Shown: positions 34,647 to 46,650 of the stretch, in pieces
How positions within the stretch are numbered: position 1 is the first letter of the stretch
How the letters are laid out: each line of letters opens with the position of its first letter
Origin: Minutocellus sp. GHC0000111
Taxonomy: Eukaryota
Direction of reading: 5' to 3'
NCBI GenBank assembly: GCA_977018835.1
Contig: OZ361257.1
Location: 2,294,001-2,358,000 of the forward strand
DNA: 64,000 bases
Translations under genes and position numbers: made by a program
The notes under the pieces: generated by a model
Told to the model about the DNA's origin: nothing
What the model saw: the letters and a program-made list of their open reading frames with translations, nothing else
The model's database searches: none

Positions 34647-34771
34647 AGTAAAGGGAGCATAATAGTCTTAGCTTGCTGCCATTTACTACGAGTCGACATC
34701 ATGCATTCTAAAAGCTAAGATATGTATGTAGTAAAAATGTTGCTATCAGACCATTGGGATGGGAAATTAAG

Positions 34772-37700
34772 CTACACAACCACCTGAGTACCAAGCAAAC
34801 TTAGCAGTAAGCCAGGGTGCTCATCCATGAAGGGGATCAGACTGGATTTCGGGAAGACCAAAACAACACACCCATCCTTTCCGGCCGCTAGCGTCGAGCT
34901 GTGGTAGACGTGTTCCTCCTCTTTCCCGCCGACGGCCATTGACGGACCGGAGATGCTCCCCAAGCCATCTTGGCTGCCGCCCTCACCGCCAAAGCCGTAT
35001 TCTCTGTCGTCGACAGTAGTATCCTTCTTCGCCAACAATCCCGCAACCATCTTGGAGACATCTCCAAGGAAATGCCCTCTACTGAAGACGAGTCCGGCAG
35101 TAAATGCCCGGCTTTCGTAGAGGCGGCCGAGCACCTTGTTGGCAAATCTGTCCCTCGATGATCTACGCCGCATCCGTCTGGATGCGCGAGACTCATCGCC
35201 ACTTCGGACGCTGCTTCGCCTGGTGTCAGGGGCATCCTCTTCGTCGATATCATCGAGTTCCTCGTCGGAGTCTTCACCGCCCGAGGCATCCGAATCAGAG
35301 TCGGAATCAGAGTCATCAAACTCATTCGGCGCCTTTCCGTTTCCAGAATAATTCGTCATACTATCCGCACGCTTCTGAAGACCTCTACTCAATTTAGTGA
35401 GGTCGTTGAAGGACTCCTGACGTCGAGACTGAGTGAGGACGGCCTCAACTGTGTCCATTTCCGCGTCCTTTAGACGGGAACTGTCATTTGAAGAAATCGA
35501 ACTGCCATCGGAATCGTCACCGTTGTTGAAATTTCCGCCCTGAATCGATAGGTAAATAAATTGAATGGAAGATGAGAAGGTGGATTAGTGAATGTCAATA
35601 TGATTGAGATGAGTGGTTGGAGAGAACGGAAGGACTTACCAACTGCTGTATTGCGTTCAAGGCATCCACGCGCATCGCACTACCGAGTTCGGTCTTGCCC
35701 TCTTCCACCAAAGAGCTCCTACTGCTGTTGCCTGTAGCTAACGCCAGCGCATCTCTACCAGAGGTGACCGAAGCCGAGCCAGCCATTCGCCTTTTCTGAA
35801 TAAACGACGCAGTTCCGGCGACTATTATGTAGGCCTTGTCAACAGCAGATCCCTGCCTCCAGAGCCTTTGACCACTGCTGTAATAGGCAGGACCTTCCGC
35901 GAGACTCTCAAGATGTCGCTTTTGGACGGCACTAAGCTTGCGCAAAGCTGAATTGCATTCCAGTAGCTCAATAATATTGAGGTTCTTGACGGCGTTGTCA
36001 AATTTCTTGTTGCCCTGGGTGATTGACTCGAAAGCAACATTTAGCTTGTTTCGACGGGACAGATATTTGCGATATAGTGAAGAGCCATCTTGAAGGATTG
36101 CATGTAGATTCGAGAATTCCACGGTGATGACCTTCACGCCTTCAGACGACATGGCGACAATTTCGTGGCTCTTGCTCGTGGAACTTTCACCAGATAAACG
36201 CTTCTCAGGCTGAAGAGCTCTGGGGCCAGTCCAGTCACCTGCAAACCAAACCGCACCGGAGCGCTTCTTTCCCTGAACACCCTGCATTTCGCTTGTTGAC
36301 AAAGGTCGATGTTGACCCTGTGGGTGATACGTCGATACTCGGCGATCCGTACTGCTTTTAAGCACGTTGGCCGAACCCTTCTTCTGAAATGTTGTTTCAC
36401 GTTCCATACAGGTGCCTTCCCAGACTACCACCAGTGTATCATGGCGCTTGTTGGCTGGGACAACAATATCGTTCTGACAGAAGGCGTCGACCCGCGCCGT
36501 CTCCAATACCTCCATCGTAGAAGCATATGAGAGACTGGAAAGAAATGGCACGGCAGATAGGAGATTGAGAATGAACCAAGCATCGGTACTGGAGGTTGGT
36601 CGCAAGGATACGAGCGGCGGCTCGGGAGATCTGTTCATGTTCATTATGGAAGTCATCCGGCTCATATTGCCAGGCCCTCTCATCGAACCTGAATCTGACG
36701 AGTCCTCGAATAACATTGAATCATATTCTCCAACGCCACTGCTCAATAATGTATCTTCACTGAGCTGTGGCATGTGTTGCAGTATGCTGGATCGCTTCAA
36801 CATTGCCTTGCTACCAAGCTTGCCCCCCTTGTCCGACCCAACCTGATCGAGACGAATGGTACCAGCCGTTCCTGTCGGCGCGACGCGAAGACCACAGTCT
36901 TCCGGAAGATTGGAGGTATGAACGACATACATGTGTTTCTTGACCTTTGGCGGTAGCTTCATCAACACATCAAGAGGAGTATGAATCGGCGGAGCACCGG
37001 CCTCGTGCAAGAGGCAATCAGTGTCCTGAAGAGGAAGATTTCGCAAGTCTTCTGCTCTTCCCTTCGACAAAGTGCCCTGCAATTCAAGGATATTACAAAA
37101 CAAAACAAAACAGAAAAAAGGACAGTGAGCATCATCCCTGATCTATCTAAGACAGTGCCAAAGCATTCAAAGGAAAATGACCAAGCAACGTGATAAACTT
37201 ACCGCATCCTCCATCTTTTGAATGCCCTCAGGACTGTTGAAGTGATCGGCTGTGAACACCATCGATCGTCCTCTCCATTCTACACGGAACCCGACGCAAG
37301 GAATTGTATGAAGGGAGTAGGTGAAATGGAATGTTGCGCCCTGGAATCGAAGCGGGGTTCCGATAATAGCAGGCTTGTATCTGTGGCTATGCCGCAGCAA
37401 CGCAGGGCTTAATGCCGAAAGTGCAGAATACTTTCGTATGAAACTCTTGTAAATTGTTGGTGTGGTAATGACGACGACCTGCGAACCCGTCAGGACCTTT
37501 TGGAACGTTCCGGCGTCATGGTCGGCGTGGCAATGAGTGATGATGATACCAACAATCATTCGTGGCCGAATACCCTCCCTCTCGAGTGTTGCTGAGGAAT
37601 ATGGAGGCGGATCAATCATCACACCACGTCTATTCACCCAAAGAACATATCCAGATACCGACCCGCTCTTATCGAAGCCGTGCGAGTTGCCGAGGACAGT

Positions 37701-39881
37701 GACGCCGAAGGAAGGCGGGTGGAAAGTAGGAGGGAGTATTGGGCGGGGTACGCTGGATGGCGCTCCCGACCCAAAAGTCTTCTCCACCTGCATCTCATCA
37801 AACTCTTCATCCTCGGAATCCGACAGAGCATCACTCTTCCTCCGAGATGCCGTCGCAAGGTTGTCCATAAAGGATCTACCGCCAAAGCCATCGACGCTCA
37901 TTGCTTCCGATACCTTAACGTGGCCAGAGAAACGGGCCTTGCCAATAATTTTGTTGTTTTCATCAACGTCATGGAGAATATACTCCCCGCCACCGGGCAT
38001 TTCTGCAAGAAAGATGAGTGAAGAGAGAAGGAACCAGAATGAAGTGGGTTAGTTCATTTATTTACAGTGAAAACAAAAACGCAAATACTTGATGGGCTAG
38101 GGACCACGGCATGCAACTTACTGAAACGTTTGGTGGTTCCAGCCTCAATCTGCTCAGTGGTAGCATCCTCAGGGTAGATGGTGGCGACATCACCGATCCA
38201 CTTGGCCTGCGAATAGGACCAAGTTTTGCGCTTCTCCTCCTTCTCTAGCTTGAGCGCAACCTTGCGGAGGTCAGACCCGCTGGATTCAGCCGCCGGCGCC
38301 GAATCCGATGCGACTGCCTGCTGCGACTTGATGTAGCTTGATCGCATGTTGTCCTCTACGAGGGCACCGTCGGAGCGCTGCCGTTGCAGAGCCGCCGCGA
38401 GGACTGCAGCTGCGGTGGCATCGGCATCGGCGTCGGAATCCTCAGGAATGCTCCCAATCTGCACGGCGCTGCTGAGAAGGCGTTCCTCAAGGTCTGGCTC
38501 GTCGATAAGAATTGGGGGGACACCCAAGCCCTCGTGCGCACCATTCTCGGCGATGCGGAAGTGATTGAATTTGAGCAGAGTTTCCAGGACGAGCTCCTTG
38601 CCGTCGGGCATGACACGAAAGTGCTTGAATTCCTTATGGAAATCTGGGATGGCCTCCTTGGGGTACGTGTCGGCGAAGTCTTCGGGCTCGTAGGCGACGG
38701 GATTCTCCTCCCGACGGAAATGGGCTGGGCCCAGGAGCGTTTCGCTGAAGACCCGCCGGATGTTCTTCTCGGCGTCGTTGGAGTCGACGATGAGGGTGCA
38801 GCGCTTCCGCTGGACGAAGAAGTTGAAGTAGGCCGGGAACTCGAACTCGGCAAGGTTGACACCGAGGGCCGGTCCCATTTCGCGGCAGAAGCGCTCGACG
38901 GGGACGATGTAAACGGAGGGAACTCCGAGGCCGAGGACCATGCTATCCTTGATGGTTTCAGGAGGTATACCGAACTGAGGAACGAAGGACGACGCACAAA
39001 CAAAAAAAGAGAAATGGGCATTTTATTTTGTGAGGCATATAATCATTATCGATGAAACAGAAAACGGTTTCAACGAAACAATAATCCGCCGACTTTTTTC
39101 TCCGTCACACAACCCGGCTTACCTGCACCCGACCGACCGCCTGGGTTTCCATGCTGATGCCGCCACGGGGGAGCTTGGTAATTTCTAAAAGGGGGACTGA
39201 ATCGTAGGACTCAACGACGACGGGGTCGTCAAAAATAGCATCCCGGTTCTGACCTCCAATCTTACGCGACAGGGTGGTGCCCGACAACGATCCCGACAAC
39301 GATTTCGACAGGGGTAGATAGCCCGACGTTTTAATCTTGGGCGCCGCTTTCGGTGCCGGTGCTGTTGCCGGAGCCTCCTCCTTGGGAGGGGCGGCCGCTG
39401 CGGCATCGGACGAACCATTCGTCATCTTGGTAGCGTTGGATGTTTGTATGGTACCTTCCGTCGGTGATCGGTCTTTGGTGATTATGCTTGGTTCGGGATT
39501 GTCACAATCGGGAGCGTCACTCGGTGATGATTCTACCGGAGCCTCGCCCTGTCCGATCCCGACCCCGGACCGCGTGCTGTCGCTTTCGTTGAGGCTGGGA
39601 GGCAGGCTGGTCTTGTTCGTCGGCCTCCGCTCGGATCCCTCCGCGGACAGCGTCCCGCTCCCTCTACCGTTCGCGTTGGACGTGCCGGAGGTGGCTCGGC
39701 TCTGACTGTCGGCCGATGCCAATAACTCCCGGGCTCCCGCGGACGTACCGCTGGCGGCACTGCTCCGTCGTCGGTCGTCGGCTCCTCCTCCGGACGACGA
39801 GTTTCCGTCCTGTTCCCCCGATGCGTTCTTGTTACTGCTGCGGCGGCGGGGAAATAACTTCTTAATCCGCTTGGTAACCAT
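34772..39881 (-). CDS. Metallo-beta-lactamase-fold plus cyclic-nucleotide-binding protein (putative cyclic-nucleotide phosphodiesterase); introns 38975-39122, 38003-38121, 37077-37202, 35540-35639
   Basis: Spliced sequence LPRGG..VQFGIPPETIKDSM, AEFEFPAYFNFF, VTVLGNSHGFD, THCHADHDAG, LHTIPC, LLHEAGAPPIHTP and YVVH. Two cNMP-like domains (VVWEGTC; LWRQGSAVDKAYIIVAG..GHFLGD). Confidence 0.85.
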
Positions 39882-40447
39882 ATCCGCGAAAAGGAAGAGA
39901 TGTGACAGCGGAGAGGAGCAAAGGAACAAATCCCCAACTGGATATGCTCCAATGTGCTACTACCTCCGTTGGGTTTCTGGTCCCGCCGATCCGATCCGAC
40001 CCACCAGGGAGATTATGTGTGGTTTTGGATATCCCGCGACGCGTCTTACCCGCCGTTCTCCACTCAGCAGCAAGGGACTGGTATCCGAGAGAGGAGGATG
40101 TCACCGCGAAGTTGATGCGCGGATATCCACGAGCTCCGAGCGTTGCCGAACACTTATCCAGAGGTAGGCCTGGACGGGTGACGCAAGACGGTGTGTGGTG
40201 GTGGAATGGGCGGGAGTATTTTTCCGCGCCCAGAGACAGTACCTAGGTACTTAGTTACGGGCATGCCTTAATTTGTGCCAAATTTCCATAAATACCGAGT
40301 AATTTATAAAGTTTTAGGCTGAGGTCAACACGTGCCGTAATCGAGGTACCACTGGTACTCCTTCCCATCACTTACTTGGTACGTGCCACTACCTTGAACT
40401 CATCGCGAGCTATCTTGTCTTCGTGGCCAGCCCTGTACAAAGAAATC

Positions 40448-41316
40448 ATGAGCGGTGCCAATTCAAGGGATGGGAATGCTGGCGATGGTGCATCATCCCC
40501 CTCGCCACCTTCAAAAGCAGAAGAAAGCAGTGGGACCAATTCGTCTCCAGCAAGCGCACCGCATATGCAAATATTAGACGAGCTCGAAGTCAAGGCGCGG
40601 GGACTTTGTGGTGGCGGATCAGGTACGGATGCTGCCAGCGACGGAAATATGATGCAACAAAAGGGTGGACCAAGTGAAGAATGGACCCTGGCTGACGATG
40701 CCAGGTTGGCAAGCTTCGTTCAGGAATTCACGGCCCATATTCAACGAAGGGCGGAATCGATTGCCGGTGCCGTTGTGGCGTTGGAAAACAAGAGAGATCG
40801 TGCGGCGGCAAAGGTAGAATTGGCCAAGAGCGCCTTCTTGGCACTGCCGGATCAAAGACTCGTGCAGCAAGTGGTTGTGGATGGTACTGGTATTGACGAC
40901 ACTGAGGAGCCACCGCTACAAGGAAATAAGGGAGATGAACACGAAAACCAGGCTAGTACTACAGATGAAGAGCAGGACCCAATTCAAAAGCAACAACATT
41001 TAGAAGACCAGGCCATAAAGGATGGCATGAAAGGTTTGAAGCTATTCTATGATCCAGCACAGGCTACCGGAACCGAAGATCACTACTTTGGGTAGACCAA
41101 GGGGACGATTCTGCTTGTTACTACGAGTCGGCACTGGCAGATACATTCAATCAAAGGCCACTACCATTCGTTGTCGGTAGCCGTGAGTTCATGGAGAGTA
41201 GAGACGCCGGCTTAGGCGAGGAATATGGTGCCGATGACGACGAGGAGGAAGGTGGTGGGTCCCTTTTGATCGATGGTATGAGCGGCAGCTTTCTTCTCGA
41301 TAAAAGTACAGAATAG
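40448..41316 (+). CDS. FAM21: FAM21/WASHC2 N-terminal (head) domain protein; 1-nt frameshift near 41092
   Basis: WTLADDARLASFVQEF and FLALPDQRLVQQVV; after the shift, DTFNQRPLPFVVGSREFMESRDAGL. Stop TAG at 41314-41316. Confidence 0.65.
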
Positions 41317-41452
41317 GCTATACGAAAAGCTTCGTAGCTGCGAACTCGTAGATCAATATTTAGACTAGAAGTCGGCGCGAGAACGCATTAAAGGGACATT
41401 GATGAATACCAGTACAACATCAAGTTGATTAGTTTTTAAAAATTAGTTACTC

Positions 41453-44321
41453 TCATTGTCTGCGACTACCGCCGCGCTTGGGCTTGGGAGCGCCGCTTTC
41501 CGAAGATTCGTCGCTGCGGTTGCGCTTTCTCTTGGCGGCGGTGGAATCATCATCGTCGCCCTTCATCGACGCTGTATCGTCGTTATCATCGCTCCCCTGA
41601 TTGCTCTTATTGCGCCGAGACACTCTGGGCGGTGGAGCAGCCTTCACTTCGGGCTTGCTCCGCTTCTTGGGCATGGTGAACTCCTGGTTCTCGATGGCAC
41701 TATTGCGTTCCTTGATGTAGGCCGCAAGAATCTCAGCAGCGTGGTCTTGGCTCATACCAAGCTCATCAAGTTCGTGCTCGAGTCGTTCCTTCAGGGTGAC
41801 CAGGTCGGACTTCATCTCGGCGAGAAGGCCCTCAACTCGCTCGGCGCGTTCGTCCAGCACATGACGAGTCCGTTCGTTGTATGCTCGGATCCGTCTCTGC
41901 CGATGCAACTCGTTGCGAAGCTGGTTGGCCCTGCCCTTCAGGGTTACAAGCTCGTAGCGGACGTCTTCCCACTGCTTAATATCGGAGGGGACGCCAGGGT
42001 TATCGTGGCGGCCAAGGATGCCCTTCCCATCAAAGAGCATGGGGTCGAGGTACTGCTCGAACTTCTCAAAGGGGATGGTGGCTAGGGAAGTTCCGCGCAG
42101 GCTGGGGTTGAGAAGCATACCCGACGCAACAGGCACGACCCGGTTGGTGCTCATCTTGGTCTTGGACAAGTCGGCATATCCCAATCCGTACTCATCTAGC
42201 TTGGCCTTGGCATCCTCCGATGATGTGACCTGCTGCGATGGCGTATCGATCTCCATGGAATTTTCACCGCCACTGCCCGAGGAGGCCAGAGAGGTAGAGC
42301 GCGACGATGGCGTGGCGTACGTGAGACTGTCCATGGCATCGATATTGGCGCAGCATCCAACGGACTTGGCCGTTGCGACCATCTTCTTCCAACGCTCAAT
42401 GAGCTGCTCGTCAGAGTACGACGACGGATCTTCGACGAGGGTGAGGTCGGAGAGACCAAACGACTGGACAGAGCCATCCGAGTTCAGACAGACCTTGACC
42501 TGCGCCGGGATAAGATTGAGCTCGACCTTCTTCAAGGGCACCTTGGTAGCAGCTTTATCCTTCTCACCCTCGGCAGCCTTAGTCTTGTCCTTCTCCTCGT
42601 CCTTCTTCGCTGCATCACCGGCCTTGGCCTCGTCCTTGGACTTCTCATCGGCGGCATCATCGCCATCCTTCTTCGCCGATGCGTCGGAAGAGGCTCCAAA
42701 TCCATGGGCGGGAGTGGCGGTTGAATCCTTGGCCGCGGCAGCAGCATCGTCGCCCTTTGCATCCTTGGTCTCTTCCGTCTTCTTCGTCTTGGCTTCTTCC
42801 TCTGCCGCCGCCGCCTTTTGGGCCTTGACCTCGTCCTCATCGGGAATCTCCACCAGCTTCGGAGCGGCAACGTCCACGACGACGCCATCTCCCTGGGGTG
42901 TCTTGACACTGTCGCCTGGTAGGATCCAACCACTGGCAAGGAAGGCCGACGTACGGCTGCCGGGAGTATCATCGTCGTCCTCTTCCTCGTCCTTCTTCTC
43001 CTCCGGCACGGGCACACCACCGACGCCGTCGTGCATGGCCTTGGACCCGATGCCCCCGTCGGTGTCGGTGCTGCGGGTCTTGGTCAGGTCGGCCCTCTCG
43101 ATGCACTTGGCCTGGACGGCCTCGAGGTCGCGCTCGAGGGCGACGCCCTCGTCGCGCAGGACGCGGAGGTGGTCCAAAAAGTGCGAGCGGAGATGTCCGC
43201 CGAGGATCTCGTACCGCTCGGTCTCCTTCTCGCTGCCGTGGAGGAGGTTGCGGGTGTCCGACACGGTCTTGCGGTAGTTCTCCAGATCCTTCTCCATGTC
43301 CTTGGGGTGGGACTGCCACCGGGCGAAGCGGTTCTTCTTGTTCTTGGCATCGGAGTGGGGAAGGCGGGGGGGATCGAAGGCGACGGTCGACTCGATGATG
43401 TGGGGATAACGCGGCTGTCCCTTCTCCTGCTGGGCGGTGGGATTGTTGGGGTCGGGAGTCGGGAGGGAACCGGGGAGGGGGTCGGTATCGGCGGGCGGGA
43501 CAAAGGCCGGCGACGGGCCGGTGGCGGACGCACCACCAGCACCCAGCAGATCGCCCCCGTCGGAGGCATCGCTGATACCGCCATCGTCGTCGATGTCCAT
43601 GTAGGCATCGTGCGTGCTGGTGTCCATCCCCGAGCTCCTGCGTCCGCCCTTGCCGGCCGAGGAAGAGGAGGCTGCCGCCACCCCCGCCGAGGAGGAGGAG
43701 GTTCCAGACTTGCTGCTGGCAATGGTACCGGCCGTACCGCTGACGCCGGTGAGGATGGACCGGGCCAAAGCCAGATCGCGCTTCACCTCCGATCGCTGCA
43801 GGGCCCGGAATCCATCGGCGGCGGGAACGTGGCGGAGGCGCGTCCGGCGCTCCTCCTCGGTGAGGGTGTCGAGGAAGCTCATGCCGGTCCCCCCCGCGGG
43901 GTTGACGCTGGCGGTCCGGATCTCGGCGGGCCGTCCGGGCCGAGACGCGCGTGGCCTCCAGGACGGGCTTCTTGGCGGGCGCCTCCTCCTCGGCAGCGGC
44001 GGCGGCAGGAGCTGGGGCAGCAGCGGCAGCATCGTCATCACCGCCATTGGCAGCGGCACCAGCAGCACCAGCCGACGATTCGCCATCCCGCACGTCCATC
44101 GACGAGCTGCGAGTACGGCGCGGAGCCTCCTGCTGGGACTTGCCGTCGCCACCACCGCTGCCGCCGTTCTCGGTAGCCGCCGATGCGTCCTTCATGTCGA
44201 CGTCACCGCCGTTGGCGGCGGCAGCATCGGCACCGTTGGCGGCGGCCGACTCCGAAGCCGGCGCAGCGGTGGCATCTGCAGCAGCCTCCGAAGACGGCGG
44301 CGCAGGATTCTCTTCCGACAT
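41453..44321 (-). CDS. Large hypothetical coiled-coil, probably nuclear protein; frameshift near 43930-43950
   Basis: MSEENPAPP (ORF 42969) reads well to PVLEATRVSARTARRD, then ORF 41453 takes over (GTGMSFLDTLTEEERRTRLRH...). Two coiled coils and basic NLS-like ends. Confidence 0.7.
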
Positions 44322-45244
44322 TTTTTTTCGAGAGAAGAAAAAAGGTCTGAAAGCTTGGGAATCAACTAACTGACCAGCTCAGTTGTAAGCAAGGATTCAC
44401 GGAACAACCAAACGTTCTGCTCTGTGCAACCTGACAATATGTTGGGGATGGACGGAACGAGATGAATTATGTGTCAGAGAAATAAATTTGAGGTTGCGTT
44501 GGAAGATACCGCGTAAAAACATGCATGTATTGCACGGCCGGCCTCAAAATTCGCACGCAGATGGAAAGACCCACACGCGCGCGCCGATTGCAGATGCAAT
44601 GTGCAATCGCCTCCAGCTTTTGCAGCGCTGCAAGAAATAGAGAGAGCGGGGTGCGGTAATAACGTTCGAACGTCTCTCGGCTGCTGCTGCTGCTGCCGCT
44701 TTGCTTGGTGGCCTCGCGCCATTTTTGTGCGGCTTTGGCGCATGAGCTGCGACCAAGCGCAGCCGACATGCAGGCAAAAATATACGGTACGTACGTAGCT
44801 ACTAGCTCGTACGAAGTACCAAAAACGAGACCTCCGCCCCCCGTCGCCTTCCGGCTCCGCCTCCCCGGCGACCCCGTCATCGCGCCGGCACCCAGATGCA
44901 GCGATATGCGCAAAACATCACGGGCCGTCGGCGGAATCCACCGGCGGACCGCGGGGACACCGGGACCGAACAGGAACGACGCGCCACCGGACCCCCTCGG
45001 CATGCCTTTCCTTTTCGCTTCGCGTTGTGTTCGGTGCGGTGATGATGATGTCCGCTGGCTTTTTGCATTGTTGGGCGAGCGGTCGCACTCAAAAACCATG
45101 TCCCAAAAATCGAAACGAAAAAATAATATTTGGATAAATTAATGTGCCGCACCTTGAAGACACAGGCACTAAAAAGGACAGTCAAGCACTAGATCTACCC
45201 TCGACCGTTCATTTATTTTCTCGCCACTTCTGTTACCCACCAGC

Positions 45245-46563
45245 ATGACGGCAGATGAGGCGGCATCTGCGCCCTTGGTAGAGACCAAAATCACCAATCC
45301 CGGCATAGCCGATCGCCTCGAGAAGGATGTGGCCGGATTTGAACGATATGGATTCTCCTTCGATGCAAGCACCAAAGTATTCCGTGCACCGCCGCCACAG
45401 GCATCATTACGGTCGTCGCAATCATCTCCCACGTCCTGTAGCATTCACCAACAACATCTCTGGGTGACCATCCCCAAAGCGGCGCTGGTGGCCAGCGTTG
45501 GGCCGTTTCTGCGCACCTTGGTCCGAATTTCCGATGGCGTTGACCCGCAGACACTCCGGGTAGTGGTGTCTTTCTGCTGGAGTGAAGATGGCGATGGCGA
45601 TGATGACATTGCATCGGCAGCCGCGAGAATAGCGCATCACGTGCACATGATTGTCCGGAACAGCATGAGCGCGGCACTGTTTCTCACTTCATTGTCGATT
45701 CTATTGCCGAACAACATGCCAATCTGTCGAGTGAGGTATGCAATGAGGGAAAATGAAGATGTAAACTATCCAACGATTGCATTGCTCGAACGACGGGTCG
45801 AGGACAATAATTGTGACGAGAATTTTTTAGACGGTAATCATTTGGCCGATGCGACAGAAGGGCGACCGTCTCCTCCTGTATGTATCAATGATTATGTTTC
45901 ATTTGATGGCAGTGACGACGTATCGGCGCGGGTTTTGGTTCAAACAAGAATGTGCACGGTCCGGTTGACTCCCATTCTCTACTATTTGGCCAGGGCACTG
46001 AGGAAGGAATGTCAAGTAACAACAAGAGACGAAAACAAACCGGTCGCCCAAATTCAAGACCAATCGACACCATTGCCACTGATATTAGCGTGCGTGGACA
46101 AGGTGGCAAATCTATTCCGAATCATCATGCTGGCACGAGACTACAAGGCACAGCATAAACTGATAATTGTCGTGCGTGATGATCGAATACAAGCAAGGTT
46201 GACGGCTGAGATGACAAAGTTCATCGCTGGTCTGGACCCAGCAGATGATTGTGGAGATGGAATGCCACGAATAGTAACAATCAATGGGGCGGTAGCTCTG
46301 CTTGAAAAGGAGTGCAGCGGGGAAATTGTGGCTGTAGACCTACATCCTGACGCTCTGACTCTCGATGAAACGAACGATGGTGCTCTTTTGGCACTCCGAT
46401 CGGCAGGAGCTGTGATCTGGGGCTTCGAAAAAGATGGAATACCTGATGCTATTGATGAAATGGCTGAATTTATGTTCAAGTGAGATGTCGTTCATCACTC
46501 AATCTGGTTGCGGCAATGTCAGTAGTTCTTCATCGAGGTTGGTCGATCCGAGCGACATCGTAA
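45245..46563 (+). CDS. SpoU/TrmH-family SPOUT RNA methyltransferase-like protein; frameshift near 46470
   Basis: CVDKVANLFRI (motif 1) and VIWGFEKDGIP (motif 2). The shifted frame supplies YVQVRCRSSLNLVAAMSVVLH (motif 3), ending TAA at 46561-46563. Confidence 0.65.
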
Positions 46564-46650
46564 TGGGAACATCGTAATGGGATAATTACTCAAGTTAACT
46601 TGTTGGATATTACTAATAGTACACGCTTATTCAATCAGGAATGGTTGTGA

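Noticed and set aside
41456..44373. Multiple long plus-strand and alternative-frame ORFs
   Set aside because: Shadows of a GC-rich minus-strand gene.
44467..45185. Overlapping Arg/Pro-rich ORFs
   Set aside because: GC-rich divergent promoter region; the translations are not protein-like.
46555..46582. 14-bp tandem duplication (and a 17-bp one at 51677-51710)
   Set aside because: Ordinary short 3'-end slippage duplications with no further structure.
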